The notes beneath the pieces are model-generated. The model saw nothing but the letters and a program-made list of their open reading frames with translations, was not told the origin of the DNA and ran no database searches. From assembly GCF_009914755.1 (NCBI RefSeq), contig NC_060925.1: a DNA stretch of 64,000 nucleotides; one strand, given 5' to 3'. The position numbers and the translations under genes are program-made. Below, piece by piece: positions 49,046-64,000 of the stretch (positions are counted from its first letter, which is position 1; every line of letters starts with the position of its first letter). The DNA comes from the human T2T-CHM13v2.0 reference genome, Homo sapiens.

Positions 49046-49493
49046 CTATATTTCTTTTGCCAATACCACACTGTCTTGATTTGCTATAATTTTGAGTCCT
49101 TCAACTTTTCATAGTCGTTTTGGCAATTCTAGTTCTTTTGCTTACCATACAAATTTTGGAATAATCTTGTCAATATCTGTCAAAAAACCTTGCTGGAATA
49201 TCTACTGGGATAGTGCTGTATCTATATATCAAATTAGGAAGAATTGATATCTTAACAATTCAGTCTTTGAGTTCATAATGTAGTATATTTTTCTACTTAT
49301 TTAAATCTTTTTTCGTTTCTTTTATTGGTGATTTGTAGCATTTGGCATATAGTACCTGTTCATATTTTATTAGATTAATTCCAAAGTATTTCAATTTTTT
49401 GTGATATGGTAATTTATATTTTTATTAATTTGAAGATTCAAATGTTCATTGCTAATATATAGAAATATGATTGACTTTTACATGTATTCACTT

Positions 49494-49847
49494 TTGTATG
49501 GCTTGGCTGTGTCCCCACCCAAATCTCATCTTGAATTCCCATGTGCTGGGGGAGAGACTGCATGGGAGGTAATTCAATCACGCGGGCAAGTCTTTCCTGT
49601 GCTGTTCTTGTGATAGTGAGTGAGACTCACGAGATCTGATGGTTTTACAAAGAGCAGTTCCCGGGCATAAGCTCTCTTTCTGCCTGCTGCCATCCGCACA
49701 ACATATGACTTGCTCCTCCTTGCCTTCCACCATGATTGTGAGGCTTCCCCAGCCATGTGGAACTGTAAGTCCAATAAACCTCTTTCTTTTGTAAATTGCC
49801 CAGTCCCGGGTATATCTTTATCAGCAGCATGAAAACAGACTAGTACA
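49494..49847 (+). mobile_element. THE1 solo LTR (THE1B-like)
   Basis: ggctgtgtccccacccaaatctcatcttgaatt...gaaaacagactagtaca; 5-bp TSD cactt. Confidence 0.9.
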
Positions 49848-50309
49848 CACTTTGAACCCTGGAACCTTGTTAAATTCACTTATTAGTTTTAAGAGATGTT
49901 TTATAGATTCTTTGAAACTTTCTACAGGCACAATCGTGTCATGTGCAAATAGATTTTTGTTTCTGCCTTTTCAATCTATATTCCTTTTCATTATTTTTTC
50001 TTGCTTTATTGCACTTGCCAGGATTTCCAGTATGATGCTGTATAGCCATGGTGAGGAATGACATCTTGCTAGTTTCCTGATCTTCAGAGAAAGCATTCAG
50101 TCTCTCACCATTTAGCATAATGTTGGATAGGAATGGCGTGTGAGTGGTAGGTGTTGATACCCTTTGTTATGTTAGGAGGCTTCACCTATATTCTTAGTTT
50201 GCTGAGAGTATTTTTTTTTTTAATCATGAATGGATGTTCAATTTTTTCGAGCGCTTTTTTTATCCAATAAAATGATCATATAATTTTTCTTATTACTCTG
50301 TTAACATGG

Positions 50310-50706
50310 TGTATTAGGCCATTTTTGCACTATTATAAAGAAATATCTGAGTCAGGGTAATTTATAAGAAAAGAGGTTTCATTGTCTCACAGTTCTGCAG
50401 GCTGCTCAGGAAGCATAGTGGCATCTGCTTGTGGGGAGGCCTCAGGAAGCTCCAATCACGGCAGAAGGCAAAAGAGGAGCAGGCACATCACATGGTGAAA
50501 ACAGGAGCAGGAGAAATGTGTAGGGGGAGGTGCCACACACTTTTCAATGATCACATCTTGTGAAAACTCACTATGGTGAAGACAGCACCATGCCATAAGG
50601 AATCTGCCCCCATGATCCAAACACCTCCCACCAGGTCCTATCTCTAGCATTGGGGTTTCTAATTCAACATGAGATTTGGGCAGGAGCAGATGTCTAGGCT
50701 ATATCA
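50310..50706 (-). mobile_element. MST solo LTR (MSTB-like)
   Basis: tgtattaggcc...ctatatca; 5-bp flanks catgg/tatgg. Confidence 0.86.
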
Positions 50707-50892
50707 TATGGTGATTACATTGATTGTTATTTGAATGTTGAAATGTTCTGAATTTCTAGGATGAACCCTACTTGGTTGGGAAATGCTATTCTTTTCATAT
50801 ATTTATGGATTAAATTTGCTGATTCTAGTTTCTGTAAAATCTCTGTAAAAAGGATTTCTGTAAAATAATTTCCTTACTATTTTTATATGTAG

Positions 50893-51373
<481 letters not shown>

Positions 51374-51959
51374 AGTTCCTCTTCTTAAATTAAAATTTTT
51401 ATTTTATCGTGAATAGGTTGAACTGTACAATCACCAGGAGTCATTCATCTTACGTCTACCTACTGGACTGGCATTACATCTTTTCTGGTTTAAAAAATTG
51501 GATTCTTTGATTTACTAGAACAAAGGTACATTTCTTTTCTGGTATAGTGTCATGTGGAAAAATTTTATCTCCAAATAGAATAATTCTGATTTTCTTCTGT
51601 TTTTTATTTCTCAGTCAACATTTTTATCTAGACATACTGAGGCAACTAATAATGACTGGATATACTCTACCTCCAAATACCTTGTCTGATTTCTGCTGTG
51701 TTGAGCATTGGAGATTGTAGTGTTTGTATAGATATAAGAAGAGGGAAAATAATAAAGTAGAAGAATGAAAGAATATGACAGTTTGTGATTCTGGCTTTGA
51801 CTAATATAGTCGGAAGACAGTCATATATTTTGCTGATTATTTTATTCACTGGGTCTCAGAGTTGGTGACACATAGTAAAGAACAGTCAAAGCCTTTTCCT
51901 CCCCTTTTTGAAGCTTTCTATATTTTATTCAGATAGTGGAAAATGTGATTTATAGTCCA

Positions 51960-52780
51960 ACAATGTTTCTTAATCCATTTTTATTGAGACAGTAGAAATG
52001 GAAATTCCCTTTGGACTTGTTATATATTCTTCTCATTTTTAGTTTACAATGTAGCCAGTTTTGTCTTTTTTTGATATTGTTTAGATTTTTAATGGTGAGT
52101 TGAGTGTGAAGAGCTACATCAAGCAATGCTGATATGTTGCCATACAGAGAGGCATCTGTGAGGTTTGGGAGTAACTCACATAAAGTCATATTGCGTGCAA
52201 ATGTAAAAGTTTGAATTTAAATTTAGTTTTGTTTAGTTGTTCAGAGTTCATAATGAAGCTTCAGAAAGAACTTAATACAAGCAAGTTCTGCACTGAAAAA
52301 ACCAGAATTTTATAAATGTGGAGGCAAAGCAATGTCAGATACTAAAATCCAAAGTGTGAATGTGCATCTTGTAAATGAAATGTTAGTGGATGTAATTTTA
52401 CTTGAGGAATTCTATAGTCTGGGAGGTGGGTGTTAAAGTCAAGAATGCGAATGAGATTGAGTAAGGATGGGATGAATAAAAAGACTAGTTCATTGATTAA
52501 AGACGTTAGGAATGGTGATATGATCTGTGAGTATTGATACTAAGTCTGGTAAAAAGCTATTAAGATGTATCGATAGAACAGTTTGGACCAAGAAACATTC
52601 AGATATTTATCTTCTTCTCTTGCCCAGATAATGACTGGGACCGGGACTAATAAGTCTTCCATTGGAGCAAAAGTTTGATGAGGTACTTGTATTATCACAG
52701 CAAAGCCATGTTTCAATGGATAAATCATTTGTGGGAAGTTTTGAGACTATAAAGAATTGTGTGTTCCACAATGTCAGTAA
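51960..52780 (-). mobile_element. Ancient L2/CR1-clade LINE endonuclease-domain relic
   Basis: Ordered APE-like motifs on minus strand: IETWL (52717-52703), DFNTH (52440-52426), HTLD (52358-52347). Confidence 0.55.
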
Positions 52781-53047
52781 TCTCTTTGAGGCTTCTTTGG
52801 TTCCTGTGCTACCTGCTTGACTTCAGGCCAAAACTGTCTCAGAGCCAATGGAATTCTGCAGTCCATTTGTGTCCTCTTGTAATTCTTGATTTTTTAAAGT
52901 CTTTTGTATCTTTCCTCTTGTAATTCTATCTTTAGGGATTAAATTTACTTCTAATTCCTTGGTATGAAGAAATGTGCTCAGATCCCATGACTTCCTCTAT
53001 TTTAGTCTAGACTGTCCTGGTTTTCAGGTTTTCTTCAGTTAGCTTAC

Positions 53048-53265
53048 TTTCTTTTTCTTTCTTTCTTTCCTTCTTTCTTTCTTTCTTTTTCCTTCCTTCC
53101 TATCTTCCTTCCTTCCTCCCTCCCTCCCTTCTTCCTTCCTTCCTCTCTCCCTTCCTTCCTTCCTTTCTTCCTTCCTCTCTCCCTCCCCTCCCCTCCTCTT
53201 TCTTTCTCTTTCCTTCCTTCCTTCCTTCCTTCCTTCCTTCCTTCCTTCCTTCCTTTCTTTCTTTC

Positions 53266-53353
<88 letters not shown>

Positions 53354-53387
53354 AATGTCTCTCTCTCTCTCTTTCCTTCTTTCTTTT
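53048..53387. repeat. Polypyrimidine compound STR (CTTT)n/(CCTT)n/(CT)n
   Basis: ~340 bp almost purine-free; is the expanded tail of the adjacent Alu monomer. Confidence 0.96.
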
Positions 53388-53500
53388 GATGGGATCCTAT
53401 AACGTTGACCAGGCTAGCCTTGAACTTCTGGGCTCAAGAAATCCTTCTGCCTCAGCTTCCCAAACTGCTGGGATTACAGGTGTGAGCCACTGCACCCAGC
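53388..53500 (-). mobile_element. FLAM_C / Alu monomer
   Basis: ccaggctagccttgaacttctgggctcaag...gtgagccactgcacccagc. Confidence 0.85.
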
Positions 53501-56500
53501 TTTTTTATTTTTATTTTTTTACTTTTATTTTAGTTTTAGGGGTATATGTGTAGGTTTGTTTTATAGGTAAATTGTGTGTCACAGGTGTTTGGTGTACAGA
53601 TTATTTCATCACCAAGGTAATAAGCATAGTACCTGATAGGTAGTTTTTTGAACCTCATGCTCTTCTCACCCTTCAACCTCAAGTAGGCCCCAGGGTCTCT
53701 TGTTCCCTTCTTTGTGTCCATGTGTATTCATTGTTTAGCTCCCACTTATAAATGAGAACATGCAGTATTTGGCTTTCTGTTCCCATGATGGTTGACTTAG
53801 GATAAAAACCTCGAGCTCCATCCACATTGCTGCAAAGAACATGATCTCATTCTGTTTTATGGCTGCATAGTAATCCATGGTGTATATGTACCACATTTTC
53901 TTTATACACTATACCATTGATGGGCATTTAGGTTGATTCTGTGTTTTTGCTATTTTGAGTAGTGCTGCAATAAGCATGCACGTATCTTTATGGTAGAATG
54001 ATTTACATTTCTTGGGGTACACAGCCAATAATGGGATTGCTGGGTCAAATGGTAGTTCTTTTTTAAGTTCTTTGAGATATCCCAAACTGTTTTCCACAGT
54101 GGCTAAACTAATTTACATTCCCACCAGCAGTGTATAAGTGTTCCCTTTTCTCCACAACCTTGCCAGCACCTGTAATTTTTTGGGTTTTTAATTATAGCCA
54201 TTTTGACTGGTGTGAGATGATATCTCTCATGATATCTTGCATTTCTCCAATGATTAGTGATGTTGAACATTTTTATGTGCTTATTGGCTGCACAAATGTG
54301 TTTTGAAAAGTACCTGTGGATGTCCTTTGCCCACTTTTTAATAGAGTTGTTTGTTTTTTGCTTGTTCATTTGTTTAAGTTCCTTATAGATTTGGGATATT
54401 TGACCTTTGTCAGAGCTTTGCTCAGTTTGCAAATACTTCCTATGATTCTGTGGGTTGTCTGTTTACTTTGTTGAAAGTTTCTTTTGCTGGGCAGAAGGTC
54501 TTTGGTTTAATTAGGCTCCATTTGCCCATTTTTTTTTTTGCAAGTACTGTTGGCATCTTTGTTATGAAATCTTTGCCAGGATCTATGTCCAGAGTGGTAT
54601 TTCTTTGGTTTTCTTCAAGCATTTTTATAGTTTTAGGTTTTACATTTATGTCTTTAATCCATCTTGTGTTAGGTTTTATATATGATGTAAGGAAGGCATC
54701 CAGTCTCAATCTTCTGCATATGGCCTTCCAGTTATCCCAGCAACATTTATTAAATAGGGAGTCCTTTGCCCATTGCTTGTTTTTGTTGACTTTGTTGAAG
54801 ATCAGATGGTTGTAGGTATGTGGCTTTATTTTGGGGCTCTCTAGTCTGTTTCATTGGTCTGTGTCTATTTTTGTACCAATATTATGCTGTTTTAGTTACT
54901 GTAGCCATGTAGTATAGTTTGAAGTCAGATAATGTGATGCCTCCAGCTTTTAATTTTTTGTTTATTTTATTTTATTTTTATTTTTTTGCTTAGGATAGTT
55001 TTGGCTCTTTAGGCCCTTTTTTGGTTCCATGTGAATTTCAGAACAGTTTTTTTTTCTAATTCTGTTTAGAATACCATTAGAGTACTAGTGAAGAATGTCA
55101 TTGGTAATTTAATAGAAATAGCATTGAATCTGTAAACTGCTTTAGGCTGTATGCCATTTAAGCAATATTGAGTCTTCCTATCTATGATCATGGAATGTTT
55201 TTCTGTTTGGTTGTGTCATCTCTGATTTCTTTTAGTATTGTTTTCTAAATCTTGTAAAGATCTTTCATGTTCCTAGTTAGATGTATTTCTCGGTACTTTA
55301 TTTTTTGTGTGGCTATTGTGAATAGGATTGCATTCTTGATTTGGCATTCAGCTTGGATGTTGTTGGTGTATAGAAAGGCTACTGATTACATTGATTTTGT
55401 ATCCCAAAACCTTCCTGAAGTTGCGTATTAGATATAAAAGCTTTGGGGCAGAGACTGAGATTTTATAGACATAAAATCATATTGTCTGCAAACAGATAGT
55501 TTTACTTTCTATCTTCACATTTTGAGACCTTTTATTTCCTTCTCTTGCCTGATTGCTCTGGCTAGGATTTCCAGTTTACTGGAAGTCAACTGTGTTGATT
55601 AGGAGGGGTGAGAGTGGGCATCCTTGTCTTGTTTAAGTTTTCAAGAGGAAAGCTTCCAGCTTTTACCTATTCAGTATGATGTTGGCTGTGGGTTTATAAT
55701 AGATGGCTTTTATTAATTTGAGGTATGTTCTTTCAATATCTAGTTTGTTGAGTGTTTTTAAAGTGAAGGAATGTTGAATTTTATCAAAAGCCTTTTCTGC
55801 CTCTATTGAGATGATCTTGTAGTTTTTTATTTTAGTTCTGTTTTTGTGTTGAATCACATTTATTGATTTGCATATGTTGAACCAACCTTGCATCTCAGCA
55901 TTAAAGCCTATTTGATCATGGTGGGTTAGCTTTTTGATGTGCTGCTCTATTCAGATTGCTGGTATTTTGTTGAGAATTTTTGCACTGATGTTCATCAGGG
56001 ATATTGGCCTGAAGTTTTCTTTTTGTGTTGTCTCTGCCAGGTTTTGATATTAGAATGATGCTGGCCTATAGCATGAATTAGGGAAGAGTCTGTCCTCCTC
56101 AATTTCTTGAAATAGTTTCTGTAGGAATGGTATCAGCACTTTTTCCCATGTCTGGTAGCATTTGGCTGTGAATCCATCTGGTTCTGGGCTTTCTCTGGTT
56201 GGTAAGCTTTTTATTACTGATTACATTTTGAAACTCATTATTGGTCTGTTTAGGGTTTGAATTTCTTCTCAGTTCAATCTTGGAAGATTGTATGTTTCTA
56301 GGAATTTATGCATTTCTTGTACATTTTCTACTCTGTGTGCATAGAGGTGTTTGTAATAGTCTTTGAGAGGTTTTTTTCTTTTGTATTTCTGAGAGATCAG
56401 TGATAACATCCCTTTTCTCATTTCTGATTGTGTTTATTTGTATCTTCTCTCTCTTTCTTTGTTAATCTAGCTGGCATCCTATCAATCTTAGTTATTCTCT

Positions 56501-59145
56501 TGAATAACCAGTTTCAAGTTTTGCTGATTTTTTTGGATGGTTTTTCACATCTTGGATTCATTCAGTTCAGCGCAGACTTTGATTATTTCTTGTCTGCTGT
56601 TGACTTTGGGGTTGGTTTGCTCTTGTTTTTCTAGTTCCTCTAGGTATAATGTTAGGTTGTTAACTTGAGATCTTTCTAACATTTTGATGTGGGTATTTAG
56701 CACTATAAACTTTCTTCTTAAACTGCTTTGCCTGTGTCCTGGAGATTCTGGTATGTTGCATCTTTGTTCTCATTAGTTTAAAATAATTTTTTGATTTCTG
56801 CCTTAATTTTATTGTCTGCCCCGATGCCACTCAGGAAGGAACAGGTTGTTTAATTTCTATGTAATTGTATGGTTTTGAATGATCTTCTTATTATTGATTT
56901 ATCTTCTTTTATTCTGTGGTCTGAGAGTGTGGTTGGTTGCTTTTGGTTTATTTGAATGTGCTGAAGATTGTTTTATGGCTAGTTGTGTGGTCAGTTTTTG
57001 AGTATGTGCCATTTGGCAATGAAAAGAATGTATATTCTGTTATTTTTGGGTGAAGAGTTCTGTAGATGTCTGTCAGGTATATTAAATCCAGTGCTGAGTT
57101 CCGATCCTGACTATCTTTGTTAATTTTCTGCCTCAATTATCTGTCTAATACTGTCAGTGGGGTTTTGACACCTCCACTGTTATTGTGTGGGAGTGTAAGT
57201 ATCTTTGAAAGTCTCTAAGAACTTCCTTTATGAATCTGGGTGCTTCTGTGTTGGGTGCATATATATTTAGATTATTTAGGGCTTTTGGTTGTACTGAAAC
57301 CTTTACCATTCTGTAATGGCCTTTTTTTTTTTTTAATCATTGTTGCTTTAACGTCTGTTTTGTCTGAAATTAGAAATAACAACCCCTACTCTTTTGCTTG
57401 TTTGTTTGGTAGATTTTTCTTCATCCCTTTACTTTAAGCCCATAGGTGTTATTGCATATGAAACGGGTCTCTTGAAAACAGCATACAGTTGGGTCTTGCT
57501 TCTTTATCCAACTTGCTACACTGTGTCTGTTAATTGGGAAATTTATCTCATTTACATTCAAGGTTAATGTGGATATGTGCGGATCTGATCTTGTCATTGT
57601 GCTGTTAGCTGGTTATTCTGCAGACTTGAGTGTGTGATGGTTTTATATTGTCAGTGGTCTATGTACTTAAGTGTTTTTTTTGGTGGTGGCTGGTAACAGT
57701 CCTTTGTTTCCATATTTTGCACTCCCTTCAGAACCTCTTGTAAGGCAAGTCTGGTGATTATGAATTCCTCTAGCATTTGTTTGTCTGAAAGGATTTTATT
57801 TCTCCTTCACTTAAAAAGCTTAGTTTGTCTGGATATGTAATTCTTGGTTGGAGTCTTTTTCTTTAAGAATGCTTAATACATGCCCTCAATCTCTTTTGAC
57901 CTGTAGGGTTTCTGCTACAAAGTACCCTGTTAGCCTGATGGAGTTCGCTTTGTAGGTGACCTGCTTCTTTTCTCTAGTTGATTAATATTTTTTTCTCTGA
58001 CATTGGAGAATCTGATGACCATGTGTCTTCAGGATGGTTGTCTTGTATAGTATCTTGCAGGGGTTCTCTGCATGTCCTGAATTTGACTATTGACCTTTCT
58101 AGCAAGGTTGGAGAAATTTTCATGGAAGATATTCTCAAATATGTTTCCAAGTTTTTGCCTTCTCTCCCTGTCTTTCAGGGATATCAGTGAGTCGTATGTT
58201 TGGTCTATATACTTAATCACACATTGTGTTTATTCTTTTTTCTTTATTTATGTCTGATTGAGTTAATTTGGTGAACCAATCTTCAAACTCTGAGATTCTT
58301 TTCTCAATTTGGTCTATACTGCTGTTAATACTTGCAGTTGTATTATGAAATTCTTGTAGTGTGCCTTTTCAGCTCTATTAGATGAGTTTGGATCTTTCTT
58401 ACAATGACCATTTTGTTGTTCAGCTCCCTTTTTGTTTTATTATATTCCTTAGATTCCTTGGATTGGGTTTCAGCTCTCTCATGAATATCGATGATCTTCA
58501 CTGCTATTCATATTCTAAATTCTGTGTCATTTCAGCCATTTCAGCTTGGTTAACAATAATTGCTGGGAATCTAGTGCAGTTGTTTGGAGGTAAAAAGACC
58601 CTCTGGCTTTTTCAGTTGCCAGAGTTCTTGCACTGGTTCTTTCTTATTTGTGTGGGTTGATGTTCTTTTATTTATTTTTTATTTTTTGAGACAGGGTCTG
58701 TCTCTGTTGCCCAGGTTGGAGTGCAGTAGCGTGATCTTAGCTTGGGAGTTTGATTGTGGTGTAAGGTAAGTTCAGTCAACTGGCGTGGATTCTGGAAGAT
58801 TTCAGGGAGCCAAGGCTTATCTGAGAACTCATGGGTTGTGTGCTCTGTCCCTGGGGGGCTGATACTGGCCCCACAGCTTTGTTCTCTGGCCCCTTGAGGT
58901 TAGAAATCTGTTGTGCTGAAGTGGCTGAGGTGGTTCTTCTCTATTGGCTCCAACAGTCTGATGGGAGGTGCCAAGCAAAGTGTTTTGAAGGGGTGTGGGA
59001 ATGTGTGCCAGCAGCTGTGGCAGTGTGCAGGGTGCACATGTGTTGGTTGTGATGGGACACTGATGGGAGTGGGGTGGTGGCATCTGCATACATGTTTGTG
59101 CTAGTGGTGGCATGATAGTGGGGTGCCCATGGGCATCCTTCTGCT
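53501..59145 (-). mobile_element. Near-full-length older primate L1 (about L1PA13-16), all ORFs decayed, with short Alu 3' fragment at ~58665-58742
   Basis: Colinear 3'UTR, ORF2 ([14 protein letters not shown]), ORF1 and 5'UTR. Confidence 0.88.
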
Positions 59146-59159
59146 AGAACTTATTTTCT

Positions 59160-59478
59160 TTCTTTGCAATTTGTTTTGTTATTTTTATTTTTTGAAACAG
59201 AGTTTTGCTCTTGTTGCCCAGGCTGGAGTGAAATGGCACGATCTTGGCTCATTGCAACCTTTGCCTCCCAGGTTCAAGTGATTCTCCTGCCTCAGCCTCC
59301 CAAGTAGCTTGGATTACTACAGCCATGCGCCACCATGCCTAGTTAATTTTGTATTTTTAGTATAGATGGGGTTTCTCCATGTTGGCCAGGCTGGTCTCGA
59401 ACTTCTGACCTCAGGCTATCCACCTGTCTTGGCCTCCAAAACTGCTGAAATTACAGGCAAGAGCCACCACACCCAACC
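59160..59478 (-). mobile_element. AluSp/Sq
   Basis: gagttttgctcttgttgccc, tttctccatgttgg. Confidence 0.88.
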
Positions 59479-59479
59479 T

Positions 59480-61037
59480 ATTTTTATTTTTAGTTTTATG
59501 AGTACATAATATATGTGTATATATTTATGGTATACATGAGATACTTTGATACAGGCATACAATGTGTATAATAATCATATCAAGGTAAATGGGGTATCCA
59601 TCCATCCTGAAGCATTTATCATTTCTTTGTGTTACAAACATTCCAGTTATACTCTTTTAGTTATTTTTAAATGTACTATTAATTATTTTTGACCATAGTC
59701 ACTCTGTTGTGATATCAAATACTAGATCTTATTCATTCTATCTAACTATATTTTTGTACCCATTAACCATCCTCTCTTCTCCCCCTTGCTACTAATCTTC
59801 CCAGCCTCTAGTAACCATCCACTTACTCTCTTTGTCCATGAGTTCCATTGTTTTTAATTTTTAGCTCCCACAAATGAATGAGAATATGTGAAGTTTGTCT
59901 TTATGTTCCTGGCTCATTTCATGTAACATGATATCTTCCAGTTCCATTCATGTTGTTGCAAATGACAGGATCTCATTCTTTTTTATGCCTGAATAGTACA
60001 CCAATGTGTATCTGTACCACATTTTCTTTAATCATTTCTCTGTTGATAGACACTTAGGTCTTTCCAAATCTTGGCTATTGTGAATAGTTCTAAAATAAAC
60101 ATGGGAGTGCAGATATCTCACAGATAAAAACCGTTGTAACTGGGGTGAAATGATATCACATTACAGTTTGACTTGCATTTCTCTGGTGATCAATAATGTT
60201 GAGCACATTTTCATATACCTGTTTGCCGTTTGTACAGCTTTTGAGAAATGTCTATTCAGATTTTTTGCCTATTTTTTCATTGGATTTTTAGATTTTTTTC
60301 CTATTGAGTTATTAATTTTTCTTACTGGGTTATTAATCCCTTGACAGATTGATAGTTTACAAATATTTTCTCCCATTCTGTAGGTTGTATCTTCACTTTG
60401 TTGATTGTCTCTTTTGCTGTGCAAAAGCTTTTTAAGTTATTGTGATTACATTTGTCCATTTTTTCATTGGTTGCCTGTGCTTGTGGGGTATTACTCAAGA
60501 AATCTCAGCCCAGGCCAATGTCCTGGAGAGTTTCCTCAATGTTTATTTTAGTGGTTTCTTAGTTTGAGGTCTTCTATTTAAGTCTTTGATCCATTTTGAT
60601 TTGATTTTTGTATACAGCAAGAGATAGCTGTCTAGTTTCATTCTTCTGCCTATGGACATCCAGTTTTCTCAGCACCATTTATTGAAGATATTCTCCATTC
60701 TCCAATGTATGCTCCTGGCACTTTTGTCAAGACTGAGTTTACCCCAGATTTGTGGATTTATTTATGGGTTATTTTCTTCCATACCATTGGTCTTTGTGCC
60801 TATTTTTGCACCAGTACAATGATGTTTTTGTTCTTATAGCTCTGTAGTATAATTTGAAGGCAGATAATGTGATTTCTCCAGTTTCATTTTTTTTCCCTCA
60901 AAGATGTCTGTGGTTATTCTGTGTATTTTGTAGTTCCATATAAATTTTAGGGTTTTTTTCCTACTTCTGTGCAGAATATCATTGGTATTTTGATGAATAT
61001 TGCATTGAGCCTATAGATACTACTAGGTAGTATGGAC
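59480..61037 (-). mobile_element. L1MA (about L1MA2-3) 3' portion with a small internal deletion near 60120
   Basis: L1MA 3'UTR (tttgatacaggcatacaatgtg, ggggtatccatc) and ORF2 tail. Confidence 0.82.

Positions 61038-64000
<2,963 letters not shown>

Larger units (their letters stand above)
49050..50880 (-). mobile_element. Ancient L1 ORF2 fragment hosting two MaLR LTRs
   Basis: gtcatgtgcaaatag (FADD region), ttgcacttgccaggatttccagta. Confidence 0.72.

Overview
Primate (human-like) genomic DNA, AT-rich and mostly nested retroelements (L1, Alu, LTR) plus a few DNA-transposon MITEs. I see no intact host protein-coding gene, and no rRNA, tRNA or CRISPR array. Recognisable content: (1) a young full-length L1 on the minus strand (27.3-33.4 kb) with intact ORF1 and ORF0, ORF2 broken by K885* and two frameshifts, and an ACG/A-type 3' signature; (2) a full-length RPL13 processed pseudogene; (3) a ~2 kb ZFAND1 processed pseudogene that seems to preserve an unusual splice isoform with two extra segments at exon junctions; (4) a tailless U2 snRNA 5'-fragment retrocopy; (5) a near-consensus AluYc1-type insertion. 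The least explained signal is a heavily decayed RING / B-box / coiled-coil (TRIM-like) relic in the non-repeat island at 21.4-23.8 kb. Other oddities are repeated reuse of one L1-endonuclease target site, a palindromic target site for the young L1, and several locally templated insertions. Repeat subfamily names come from remembered consensus sequences and were not searched; boundaries of old elements are approximate.
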